Assembly (NCBI GenBank): GCA_029907135.1
Contig: JARYMJ010000005.1
Coordinates: 446 to 64,445 of the forward strand
DNA length: 64,000 bases
Direction: 5' to 3'
DNA from: Candidatus Saccharicenans sp.
GTDB lineage: Bacteria; Acidobacteriota; Aminicenantia; Aminicenantales; Saccharicenantaceae
The translations under genes were made by a program, and so were the position numbers. A model generated the notes under the pieces. That model was not told the DNA's origin and did not search any database. It worked only from the letters and a program-made list of their open reading frames with translations. Within the stretch, counting starts at the first letter, position 1. Each line of letters starts with the position of its first letter. This document shows, piece by piece, positions 34,991-43,944 of this stretch.

Positions 34991-37033
34991 ATGGGTCGCC
35001 GGGTTCAAGGCTGGAGACTCTGGTCGGTTCTACTGGTTTGGCTTATTCTGGCCGGAGCTGCTTCGCCGCTCCAAGCTGAGCAGGCCAAACCTTACCGGCT
35101 GTTAACCACGGAAACTTTTTTTGATATGGAAAGCTTGAGCAATCCGTCCATCTCTCCTGACGGCCGCCGAATTGTCTTCACCAGGAGCTGGGTTGATAAG
35201 ATGAATGACCAGACCCGGTCCAATATCTGGATAATCGATACCGACGGCAGCCGCCTGAGGCAGTTGACGTCGGGCAACTGGCGGGATACCGAACCGATCT
35301 GGTCCCCGGACGGGCAAAAGCTGGCCTTTATTTCGGACCGGGAGGGCAGCGAGCAGCTTTATGTGCTTTTTATGGATACGAGAGAGGTAGCTCGACTGAC
35401 CAATCTGGAAAGAGCTCCGCAGAATCCGGTCTGGTCGCCCGACGGCCAGAAAATTGCTTTTACCCAGCTGGTGGCTGACGACCGGCCGATACTGCCCGTT
35501 AAATTACCGCCCAGGCCGGCTAACGCCAAGTGGGCGGCTCCGGCCATCGTTATTGACCGCCTGTCCTGGCGGCTTGACGGCCGCGGGCCACTGCCTCGGG
35601 GTCAGACCCAGGTCTTTGTGATTGACGCCCTGGTGGGTGGCACTCCGGTTATGGTCAGCTCGGGTGATTATTCACACAACGAACCGGCCTGGTCAGCCGA
35701 CGGCCAGAAAATTTACGTTTCAGCCATAAGAAAACCGGAGCCGGAATATGAATTCGGTGACACCGAGATTTACCAAATCAACCTGAGAACCAGGGAAATT
35801 AAAGCCCTGACCGACCGCCACGGTCCCGACCGCAATCCCCATCCTTCTCCTGACGGACGGTGGATCGCCTATACTGGCTATGATGAACAAAACTTTACTA
35901 GCCACCTTTCCAGCCTTTACCTGATGGATTCAACCGGACAAAAAAAGAAACTGCTGGCCGGAAACCTGCCCTCTTCACCGACCGGGCTGGTCTGGGCGGC
36001 TGATAGCAGCGGCCTGTATTACCGGATGGAGGAAAGGGGAGAAGCCAACCTTTATTTTGTTTCTCTTGGCGGACAGATAAAAAAGATTACCCCCGGCGGT
36101 TATTATCTTGGCAGCTTTTCCCTGTCCAGGAATCAGCAGGTGGCCGCGCTGGTCAGCAATTTTTACCGGCCGGGTTTTTTGGTCGTTTTTACTCTCCGGC
36201 AGCCCGGCCAGTGGCGGGAGCTCCTCGACGTCAATGCCGATGTGCTGGACGGGGTTAAGCTGGGAGAGGTGGAAGAACTCTGGTACAAGTCTCCTGATGG
36301 ACTGGACATTCAAGGCTGGCTGATCAAGCCGGCCGAGTTTGAACCAGGGAAAAAATATCCGCTTCTGCTCTGGATCCATGGAGGGCCCTGGTCGATGTAT
36401 TCGATAGCTTTTAACTGGGCCTGGCAGAACTTTGCGGCCCTGGGCTATGCCGTCCTCTACACCAACCCCCGGGGCAGCACCGGCTACGGGCAGGAATTTG
36501 TTAATGGCATCCAGTTCAGTTATCCCGGCCGCGACTACGACGACCTGATGGCCGGAGTAGATGCTGCCCTGGCCCGCGGTTTCATAGACCAGGATAACCT
36601 GTTTGTTTGCGGGGGCAGCGGCGGGGGAGTGTTGACCGCCTGGATAGTCGGGCATACCAACCGCTTCCGGGCCGCCGTCTCCATGAGACCGGTAATTGAC
36701 TGGCAGTCTTTTGTCGGCACGACCGATATGCCCACCTGGTACCGGCAGTTCCAGAAATATCCCTGGGAGGACCCGATGGAATATGCCGTCAGGTCACCCC
36801 TGTATTATGTGGCCAATGTGACCACGCCCACGATGATCATGACCGGTGAGGCCGACCTGCGCACTCCTATTGGCCAGAGCGAAGAATTTTACCGGGCCTT
36901 AAAGATGCTAAAAAAAGAAACGCTGCTGGTCAGGATGCCCGAAGAATACCACGGCTGGCGCCGGCCCTCTCACCAGCTCTTGCAGCAACTCTATTTGCAG
37001 GCCTGGTTTGAAAAATACCGGGTCAAGAAATAA
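34991..37033 (+). CDS. S9 family serine peptidase (acylaminoacyl-peptidase/prolyl oligopeptidase type) with N-terminal TolB-like propeller
   Basis: RBS AAGGAGG and a signal peptide. PD40 repeats: SPDGRRIVF, SPDGQKLAF, SPDGQKIAF, SADGQKIYV, SPDGRWIAY. Catalytic triad contexts are GGSGGG (Ser), GEADLRTP (Asp) and EYHGW (His). Confidence 0.85.
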   Translation: MGRRVQGWRLWSVLLVWLILAGAASPLQAEQAKPYRLLTTETFFDMESLSNPSISPDGRRIVFTRSWVDKMNDQTRSNIWIIDTDGSRLRQLTSGNWRDTEPIWSPDGQKLAFISDREGSEQLYVLFMDTREVARLTNLERAPQNPVWSPDGQKIAFTQLVADDRPILPVKLPPRPANAKWAAPAIVIDRLSWRLDGRGPLPRGQTQVFVIDALVGGTPVMVSSGDYSHNEPAWSADGQKIYVSAIRKPEPEYEFGDTEIYQINLRTREIKALTDRHGPDRNPHPSPDGRWIAYTGYDEQNFTSHLSSLYLMDSTGQKKKLLAGNLPSSPTGLVWAADSSGLYYRMEERGEANLYFVSLGGQIKKITPGGYYLGSFSLSRNQQVAALVSNFYRPGFLVVFTLRQPGQWRELLDVNADVLDGVKLGEVEELWYKSPDGLDIQGWLIKPAEFEPGKKYPLLLWIHGGPWSMYSIAFNWAWQNFAALGYAVLYTNPRGSTGYGQEFVNGIQFSYPGRDYDDLMAGVDAALARGFIDQDNLFVCGGSGGGVLTAWIVGHTNRFRAAVSMRPVIDWQSFVGTTDMPTWYRQFQKYPWEDPMEYAVRSPLYYVANVTTPTMIMTGEADLRTPIGQSEEFYRALKMLKKETLLVRMPEEYHGWRRPSHQLLQQLYLQAWFEKYRVKK

Positions 37034-37048
37034 AGTTGGGGGAGAAGA

Positions 37049-38119
37049 ATGTTTAACGGGATATCCATAGAGCCTTTTCGCGGCGACCTGGAAGCCCTGG
37101 AAAAGATGGCTCACCGGGCCTGGCGAGATGAATACGGGATGGCTTCCTTTCCCAACCTTTACCGGCCGGATTTCGTTCGTTATCTACTGGAGATAGCCGC
37201 AGACCCGAAACATTTTGTGGCCGCTTATCGGGGCGACGAAATCCTGGCCTTCCTGGGCAACATTCCCAGAACCTTCCATTATCAGGGAAAAAATTACCGG
37301 GCCATCCTCAGTTGCCTTCTGGTCAGTCGGCAAGAATATGCCCGGCAGGGACTGGCTCAGGCCGTCATCAAGGAAGCAGTCAGGATTAACCTGGAAATCG
37401 CTCATTACGATTTCGCCTTGCTGTACCTGGAATCCGGTCATCGCTCCTCCCGGTTGATAGAGAAATTCAGGGCGGAAGGGCAACCACTGCAATTCCTGAA
37501 GAAAATGTCAGTCTTGGGACGGGTTCTGGAACTGGACAGGGTGGCTTACTCCGAGGGTCTCAAGTGCTGGGAAAAAGCGGCTATAAAAATCTGGGGGGCC
37601 CACCGGCTGCCCAAACCGGACCTGGGCCGTGATCTGGTCCTGGAAGAATTTCAGGAATCTGACCTGCCGGCCGCTATGAACCTGTTGAATCAATATGCCG
37701 GGAAAGTGGAACTGGCCCGGGTCTGGCTTGGCCTGGAAGAATTGAAAAAGGAAATTCTCTATCCTGGAGTTTCCAGCACCCTGGCCATAAAAAAGGAAGG
37801 TCGACTGGTAGCCCTGTTGAATTATCTGGAACATGAACACCTCGGCCAAAGCCCGGAGCGCTGGGCCTGGCTCAACCACCTTTACCTTGATTCACTGGAG
37901 CCGGCTGAAAAAATCCAGGTCATCAACCGCTTTTTACTTCACCTTTTTTCCCGCGGAATAGTGGGTGTGGTGGAGTGGAGCAAAGGATATTATTCTCAGG
38001 GCTTCCTTTACCGCAGCCATTTTTTCCCCTACTTTCGTCACGTTAACCTGTTGGCCTGGGTCTTTCAGCCCGAATTAGTCTTCCGGCCAGTCAAGGGAGT
38101 CTATGAGGTCCAGATATAG
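37049..38119 (+). CDS. Putative GNAT-family N-acetyltransferase with extended C-terminal domain
   Basis: ARQGLAQAVI fits the GNAT motif A (R/Q-x-x-G-x-A/G) after a beta-strand region. RBS GGGGGAG. It lies 15 nt after the S9 peptidase stop. The assignment is weak. Confidence 0.4.
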   Translation: MFNGISIEPFRGDLEALEKMAHRAWRDEYGMASFPNLYRPDFVRYLLEIAADPKHFVAAYRGDEILAFLGNIPRTFHYQGKNYRAILSCLLVSRQEYARQGLAQAVIKEAVRINLEIAHYDFALLYLESGHRSSRLIEKFRAEGQPLQFLKKMSVLGRVLELDRVAYSEGLKCWEKAAIKIWGAHRLPKPDLGRDLVLEEFQESDLPAAMNLLNQYAGKVELARVWLGLEELKKEILYPGVSSTLAIKKEGRLVALLNYLEHEHLGQSPERWAWLNHLYLDSLEPAEKIQVINRFLLHLFSRGIVGVVEWSKGYYSQGFLYRSHFFPYFRHVNLLAWVFQPELVFRPVKGVYEVQI

Positions 38120-38420
38120 CCAGAAAGGAAATTGTTATCCGGAAAATAGTCAGGCGGCCTGGGACTCCAAAGGGTATGGCTGGACCTGAAGTTTCAATCC
38201 TGGGCTGGTTCCTGGTGGAAATTAGTTTGGGTTATTCATAAACTGCGATTGGTCGGCTGAGTTTGGTGTACTCACCCGGTCAGAGCCCGGCGGAACTTTT
38301 AACCGATGGCCTCTGACCAGGCCTAAGGAATTATGGAAAAAGCTGATAAAATGGTATAAGAAGAGCCAAGCTGTCGCTAAATTAATATATAATGACTTCA
38401 TTTGAGGCGTGAGACCAAAC

Positions 38421-40466
38421 ATGAGAAGCTGGAAGAAACTTCTATACAGCTTGTCAGTCATAACATTTATAATTTTATCCACAACCGGTCTTTACTGGCC
38501 GGGCCGTGAGGGTAAAATGACCGAGGTCGAGATAAAGGACAGTCCGCCATTAGACCAGATCAATTCTTATTATTCAAGCAACCAACCGCCGCTTTGTCCC
38601 AATCCGCTGCTGAAGCTTCCCCCGGGGCAGGTTGAGGCCAGGGGCTGGCTCCTGAGTCAGCTCCGTCTCCTGAGTGAGGGGTTGACCGGGCGCCTCCAGG
38701 AAATATCCAGGTTCTTGCAACCGGATTCTGGCTGGTTGACCCTTAAAGGTAAGGGCTGGGAAGAAATGCCTTATTGGCTTAAAGGTTTTGGCGACCTGGC
38801 TTATCTGTTACGCGACCCGGAGATGATAGCCTCGGCCAGAAAGTGGGTAGAAGCCATCCTCAGAAGCCAGCAAGCCGATGGTTACTTCGGGCCGGTCGAT
38901 AATCGAGAAAATGACGACCTCTGGCCCAACATGGTGGCCCTGGCCTGTCTTCAGAGCTATTACGAATTCAGCGGCGACCGGAGAGTTCTGGATTTCATGT
39001 CCGCCTATTTTCGCTACCAGCTGAGCCTGCCTGAGGAGAAACTTTTGCCCGGGAGCTGGCAGAAGCTGCGGGGCGGGGAAAATCTGGAAAGCGTCTACTG
39101 GCTTTATAATCGCACCGGGCAGAAATGGTTGCTGGTACTGGCCCACAAAATTTATCGCCGGACAGCCGACTGGGCCTCTCCCATCCTCAGCTCGGAACGG
39201 GATGGCCACTGGGAAGAAAGTTCCTTTTACCATGGGGTTAATATCGCCATGGGCCTGAGGTACCCGGCAGTCTATTATCAACAGACTGCCGACCGGCGGT
39301 TACTGGAAGCAGTCGAAAAAAATTACCAGCAGTTGATGGACAGCTACGGCCAGCAGCCGGGTGGAATGTTTGCCGCCGACGAAAATATCAGGCCGGGTTA
39401 TAACGACCCGAGGCAGGGGGCTGAGACCTGCACCATGGTCGAGTTCATGAACAGCTTTGAATCATTGCTAAAGATAACCGGTAATATCCTTTATGCCGAC
39501 CGGGCCGAAGAAATTGCTATCAACTCGTTGCCGGCAGCCCTGACTTCGGACCTGAAAGCCCTGCACTATCTGACAGCGGCCAACCTGGTGGCCTGTGATA
39601 GCTCCGACCAGCATGATTTCCAGAACTCCGGCACCCTGCTGTCTTACGACCCCTGGAAGTACCGCTGCTGCCAGCATAACGTGGCCTTCGGCTGGCCTTA
39701 TTATGTTGAGCATCTGTGGCTGGCCACGGCCGACAACGGGCTGGCCGCAGTCTTTTACGGTTCTTCTCAAGTGAGCCTGAAAGTGGGGCTGAACAGTCAG
39801 ACTGTCAGGTTGATTCAGGATACAGACTATCCATTTAGCGAACGCCTAAGATTAACCCTGTATACCGAACGAGCGGTGGCTTTCCCGCTTTATTTACGCC
39901 TGCCGGGCTGGGCCGAAAAAGCCATGGTTGCGGTCAACGCCGAAAAACCGGTTGAGGTTCGGGCGCCCGGAAAATACGCCCGGCTGGAACGAACCTGGAA
40001 AAATGGCGACCAGGTGGAGCTATTCCTGGAACAGCCGCTGCGGGTTAAGTTCTGGCCGGGAATAGGCCAGGCGGCCTCCGTCCGACGCGGGCCCCTCTGG
40101 TATTCACTGGAAATAAAAGAAGAATGGAAAAGAGCCGGCGGTAGCGATGACTGGCCGGCCTGGGAAGTCCTGCCGGCCTCGCCTTGGAATTATGCCCTGG
40201 TGTTGGACGAAAAAGATCCGGCCGCGAGCTTCAGCTTGTTTGAACGAAAAGCTGTTTCTTACCAGCCTTTTTTGGTAGAAGCCGCTCCTCTGATCCTAGA
40301 AGCCAGGGCCAGACACCTTCCGGGCTGGAAAGAAGAAGGACGCATGGTTGGGCGGGTTCCTCCCAGTCCGGTGGTAACTGCAGAACCAGAGGTAAAAATC
40401 AGGTTGATTCCCATGGGTTGCGCTCGGTTACGGATTACCTGCTTTCCCTGGGTGAGGTCAGAATAA
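38421..40466 (+). CDS. GH127/GH146-like (DUF1680) glycoside hydrolase, beta-L-arabinofuranosidase family
   Basis: N-terminal anchor. GAETCTM (Glu-x-Cys) and YRCCQHN (Cys-Cys) match the Zn/Cys catalytic-site pattern of GH127 HypBA1-type enzymes. The ~680-aa size fits. ATG 38421 is chosen over GTG 38409. Confidence 0.55.
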   Translation: MRSWKKLLYSLSVITFIILSTTGLYWPGREGKMTEVEIKDSPPLDQINSYYSSNQPPLCPNPLLKLPPGQVEARGWLLSQLRLLSEGLTGRLQEISRFLQPDSGWLTLKGKGWEEMPYWLKGFGDLAYLLRDPEMIASARKWVEAILRSQQADGYFGPVDNRENDDLWPNMVALACLQSYYEFSGDRRVLDFMSAYFRYQLSLPEEKLLPGSWQKLRGGENLESVYWLYNRTGQKWLLVLAHKIYRRTADWASPILSSERDGHWEESSFYHGVNIAMGLRYPAVYYQQTADRRLLEAVEKNYQQLMDSYGQQPGGMFAADENIRPGYNDPRQGAETCTMVEFMNSFESLLKITGNILYADRAEEIAINSLPAALTSDLKALHYLTAANLVACDSSDQHDFQNSGTLLSYDPWKYRCCQHNVAFGWPYYVEHLWLATADNGLAAVFYGSSQVSLKVGLNSQTVRLIQDTDYPFSERLRLTLYTERAVAFPLYLRLPGWAEKAMVAVNAEKPVEVRAPGKYARLERTWKNGDQVELFLEQPLRVKFWPGIGQAASVRRGPLWYSLEIKEEWKRAGGSDDWPAWEVLPASPWNYALVLDEKDPAASFSLFERKAVSYQPFLVEAAPLILEARARHLPGWKEEGRMVGRVPPSPVVTAEPEVKIRLIPMGCARLRITCFPWVRSE

Positions 40467-40507
40467 GCGGATGGTGATTGAAAAAAATTCATTTTAGGTG
40501 CGGTGTC

Positions 40508-41425
40508 ATGAGGATAAGCAAGAGTCGGGTTCCATTTTTTTTCAAGGCCATTTTAGTGCTTTTTTTCATAGTTGCTATTTCCCCGGTCAATCTTAAAGCC
40601 CAGGTCCCAGACAACAGACTTGTTTCTGGCGACTGGTTGCAGGCTAACCTCGGCCAGCCCGGCCTCAGAATCATAGACATGAGGGCTGATGTCCGGGACT
40701 ACTGGTCCGGTCATATCCCGGGAGCTGTCTACCTGGATGAAACGGCCCTGCGCTGGCCTGAAAACGGTATTCCGGGTCTCCTGGTCCCGGTCGAGGTTCT
40801 GGTCCGCCTGCTGGAACAGCTTGGCATAAATAAAAAGACCACCGTCATCATCTATACCGAAATAAACAATTACCGGGCGACCTATTTAGCCTGGGCTCTG
40901 GATTACATCAGGCATTCCGACTGGGCCATTCTGGACGGGGGATTCAACCGCTGGAAGAATGAAAACCGGCCCATCTCCCGGGATTATCCGCGGCTTACCC
41001 GGACCAGCTATGGCCAGAAAGTCGAGCCTGATGACTTGGTCAGGGCCCGACTGGAGCAGGTCAAAAACCGCGATACCAGGACCACCATTCTCCTCGATGT
41101 CAGGTCGGCTGAACTGTATTCTGGAGAGCGGGGCAACTGGAAAAGAAACGGCCATATTCCGGGCGCCCTAAATATCTTCTGGGCCTCCTTTCTCCGGGAA
41201 GACGGAAGCTGGAAAGACCTGAAGTTCATTATGGACAACCTGCGGGAGCTGGGGGTAACTCCGGATAAGACCATTATTGTCTCCTGTGGCCAGGGCTTAA
41301 TGTCCTCTCACACTTATCTAACTCTGAAATACCTTCTGAAATTTCCCCGGGTCAAGCTTTATGACGGTAGCTTTAACGAGTGGAGCAACCGCGATGACCT
41401 GCCGGTAGAAATGGGTAAGAGGTGA
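40508..41425 (+). CDS. Tandem-domain rhodanese (thiosulfate/3-mercaptopyruvate sulfurtransferase family), exported or membrane-anchored
   Basis: ATG 40508 lies 8 nt after AGGTG. Signal/anchor FFFKAILVLFFIVAISPVNLKAQ. The first rhodanese domain lacks a Cys; the second carries the active-site loop VSCGQGLMSSH. GHIPGA occurs in both domains. Confidence 0.75.
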   Translation: MRISKSRVPFFFKAILVLFFIVAISPVNLKAQVPDNRLVSGDWLQANLGQPGLRIIDMRADVRDYWSGHIPGAVYLDETALRWPENGIPGLLVPVEVLVRLLEQLGINKKTTVIIYTEINNYRATYLAWALDYIRHSDWAILDGGFNRWKNENRPISRDYPRLTRTSYGQKVEPDDLVRARLEQVKNRDTRTTILLDVRSAELYSGERGNWKRNGHIPGALNIFWASFLREDGSWKDLKFIMDNLRELGVTPDKTIIVSCGQGLMSSHTYLTLKYLLKFPRVKLYDGSFNEWSNRDDLPVEMGKR

Positions 41426-41430
41426 AGAGC

Positions 41431-41571
41431 ATGAACAGAAGAAGATTCTGGACTTTCTTTTGGCTGGGTCTGTCGGTAATTTTTATTCTGGCTGGACTCC
41501 TGAGCGGAGAATTCAGGGTGGTCTGGCAGAAAGCGGTTACCGTCTGTCTGGAATGTATCGGAATCGGTTAG
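41431..41571 (+). CDS. 46-aa TM + C-terminal CXXC mini-protein (resembles the CD1871A-type CXXC small-protein family); not in the ORF track
   Basis: Manual translation gives MNRRRFWTFFWLGLSVIFILAGLLSGEFRVVWQKAVTVCLECIGIG. The ATG lies 5 nt after the rhodanese stop, and the TAG at 41569..41571 abuts the polyferredoxin start region. The family assignment is from memory only. Confidence 0.6.
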   Translation: MNRRRFWTFFWLGLSVIFILAGLLSGEFRVVWQKAVTVCLECIGIG

Positions 41572-41590
41572 GGTGGCCCTGAGGAGCGAG

Positions 41591-42478
41591 ATGAAAACCG
41601 AAAGAAAAAGGAGAATAACCCAGTTGGCGGCGGCCCTGGGTTTTAACCTGGATTTACTGTCGTTGGCCAGAGGCCAAATCAGCCAGACTCCAACCAAAGG
41701 AATCTGCCTGCCGGCCCTTAATTGCTATTCCTGCCCGGCGGCCATCGGAGCCTGTCCGGTCGGGGCTTTACAGAATGCGCTTAATGCCCTGAGGTATAAC
41801 CTGGGAGTTGGCCAGAAAAAATTGGGCTTATATGTGCTCGGGAGTCTGGGCCTGATGGGGGCGATAGGCGGTCGTTTGCCCTGCGGCTGGCTCTGTCCGT
41901 TCGGCTGGCTACAGGAGCTAATCAATAAAATACCCGGGCCAAAGATTCAGATTCCATCAGTTCTGACCTACTTGAGGTATGTCATCCTGATTCTGCTGGT
42001 GCTGCTCCTGCCCCTGCTGCTGGTTGATGCTTCCGGTCTGGGCTTACCCTGGTTCTGTAAATGGCTCTGCCCGGCCGGGACCCTGGAAGCTGGAGTCCTG
42101 CTGGCCATGCTCAATCCGGCCATCAGGTCCCAGCTGGGTTTTCTTTTTGCCTGGAAGCTGGCCATCCTGGTATTTTTCCTGGTGTGGATGGTCCTGTCAG
42201 AGAGGCCTTTCTGTCGGGTGGTCTGTCCCCTCGGCACTATCCTTGGTTTTTTCAACCGGGTCAGCCTGTTCCGGATGCGGGTGGACCTCGGACGCTGCAT
42301 CCTGTGCCAGGCCTGCCAGAAAGCCTGCCCGGTCAATATCAGGATTTATGAGAACCCGGACAGCGAGCGCTGCCTCCGCTGCCTCAAGTGCGAGCCGGTC
42401 TGTCCCACCTCCTGCATTGATCATGGTTTCTGGCTGGCGGAAAAGAAGACCGAAGGGAAAACGCCGGTCAGGGTCTAA
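41591..42478 (+). CDS. Membrane-bound 4Fe-4S polyferredoxin (NapH/MauN-like)
   Basis: RBS GAGGAG 4 nt before ATG 41591 (alternative GTG 41573). Motifs NCYSCPAAIGACPVG, CGWLCPFGW, CKWLCPAG and CRVVCPLG are present, plus two ferredoxin motifs CILCQACQKACP and CLRCLKCEPVCP. There are several TM segments. Confidence 0.75.
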   Translation: MKTERKRRITQLAAALGFNLDLLSLARGQISQTPTKGICLPALNCYSCPAAIGACPVGALQNALNALRYNLGVGQKKLGLYVLGSLGLMGAIGGRLPCGWLCPFGWLQELINKIPGPKIQIPSVLTYLRYVILILLVLLLPLLLVDASGLGLPWFCKWLCPAGTLEAGVLLAMLNPAIRSQLGFLFAWKLAILVFFLVWMVLSERPFCRVVCPLGTILGFFNRVSLFRMRVDLGRCILCQACQKACPVNIRIYENPDSERCLRCLKCEPVCPTSCIDHGFWLAEKKTEGKTPVRV

Positions 42479-42560
42479 AATTAAGATAAAGAACTAGATG
42501 CTTAAGCAGGCGGGAAATGAACCCCCGGCAATTGATGGGGCCTTAAAAAAATGATTCGAG

Positions 42561-43751
42561 TCAGAAAGCTTCGCCGGCCTTGAGATAAATTCCATAATTG
42601 CCGGGTCCGAAAGCAAAATCCACCCGGAGATTGGCATTTTCCTTGGGAATAATCTTAAATCTCAGGCCGAATCCGGCGGAATATTTAAGCCCATCCCAGG
42701 AAATATCACGGAAGCGATTGGCCAGACTGCCCATGGCCCCAAAAACTACCGCCCCCAGTCTTTTCCAGACGGGGAAACGATACTCAGCCTGAAAAGCCAG
42801 CAGGTTTAGGTCCCGGAACCGGCCGTTGTAAAATCCCCTGAGCAAAGAATCTCCGCCCAGACGGGCCAGCTTGTAAAAGGGAACCTCTCCACTGTTGGTT
42901 TCAGCCAGAGCCTGAACGGCCAGCACCTGACGGTCACCGACCTGGTAGTAATGCCTTAGGTCCAGCTGGATGTTGAAAAAATCGAAATCACTGCCAAAAA
43001 TATGGTTATTCCATAAGATATTAGCCTGGAGGTAAAAGCCGGCCGTGGGGAAAAAAATATTATTACGATTATCGAGGCTTATGACCATCCCGGGACCGGA
43101 CAGCAATCCGCCATTGCTCCCGGTAACCAGGTCCTGGTCCAGCAGTCTGCCCGGCTCGGTTTCAACGATTCTGGTGCTTTCTAGATGGTACTTTAGCCCG
43201 AGATAAAGTGGAACTCCATTGAAAAATTTCTTCTGTAAGCCTACTTCCACCAGGTAGCGTTGTGGAGTGTAGACCTCTTCCTGCTCATCATCGGTATCTG
43301 GCCCGATACCCCATAATTTGGTAGGGAAGCGCTCGGCCAGAAAATTGCCGGTCAGCAAAAAAGAATTATCCTGCAGGTAAAGTTCCGGCTTGAGCTGCAG
43401 GGTGAACTGTTTCATCTGGGTATAAATGGCTCCGATGAAAATGGTACTGGGCCTGGCTTGCTTGAACAACAGACCGAAACGATAGGTGAATAGACTCCCC
43501 AGGCCAAAAGCCATCCTGGTTTCAGGCGTATAATAAACCACAGGCAGTATGGTCACTCCCAGGCGGTCTGGCTCTGATTCCTCACTGATGACAATCTGCT
43601 GCCCTTCGCTCTTCTTCAGAGTTTCCTGAGCCAGGAGAACTGATGGAAACAGGAAGAGAAATACCATTAAAAAAAGAAGGCACCCGGCTGCGGCTGCCTT
43701 AATTTTTTTGTTTTCAAGGATTAAATTCATACTCGGATATCCACGTTTCAC
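42561..43751 (-). CDS. Omp85/BamA-family outer-membrane beta-barrel protein without POTRA repeats
   Basis: Signal peptide ...FPSVLLAQE. ARLGGDSLLRGFYNGRF is the Omp85 LGG..LRG motif. Alternating strand pattern throughout, with a C-terminal ...KAGEAF ending in aromatic Phe. The start is GTG 43751 or ATG 43730. Confidence 0.7.
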   Translation of the reverse strand: MKRGYPSMNLILENKKIKAAAAGCLLFLMVFLFLFPSVLLAQETLKKSEGQQIVISEESEPDRLGVTILPVVYYTPETRMAFGLGSLFTYRFGLLFKQARPSTIFIGAIYTQMKQFTLQLKPELYLQDNSFLLTGNFLAERFPTKLWGIGPDTDDEQEEVYTPQRYLVEVGLQKKFFNGVPLYLGLKYHLESTRIVETEPGRLLDQDLVTGSNGGLLSGPGMVISLDNRNNIFFPTAGFYLQANILWNNHIFGSDFDFFNIQLDLRHYYQVGDRQVLAVQALAETNSGEVPFYKLARLGGDSLLRGFYNGRFRDLNLLAFQAEYRFPVWKRLGAVVFGAMGSLANRFRDISWDGLKYSAGFGLRFKIIPKENANLRVDFAFGPGNYGIYLKAGEAF

Positions 43752-43845
43752 AATATTTTAGGCTCGTTTTATGACCCTGTCAATTTTTTAGTCGGTTTTT
43801 AAGCCTTAAATAATCAAAAAATGTCAAAACTCGATAATTTTTGCC

Positions 43846-43875
43846 TTGACACAAAGTTGCAACTAACAGTATTGT
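43846..43875 (+). promoter_or_regulatory. Candidate sigma-70-type promoter
   Basis: TTGACA (43846..43851), an 18-nt spacer, then TATTGT (43870..43875), in an AT-rich gap upstream of the gene starting at 43906/43945. Confidence 0.3.
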
Positions 43876-43944
43876 CTTTTTAAGCCTGAGTCATATCCGG
43901 GCTGAATGACTCTGAGTTGGAGAAGACTGGAAAGGGAAAAGCAG

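Noticed and set aside
38120-38420. An unusually long (~300 nt) spacer before the GH127-like gene. It holds an 8-bp hairpin (GGTCAGAG...CTCTGACC, about 38278..38322) and the track ORF 38222..38482 on the minus strand.
   Set aside because: The 86-aa minus-strand ORF overlaps the GH127-like start and has no RBS or recognisable motif. The hairpin has a 25-nt loop and no T-tract. I recognise no known ncRNA signature. A regulatory leader or sRNA cannot be excluded but is unsupported.
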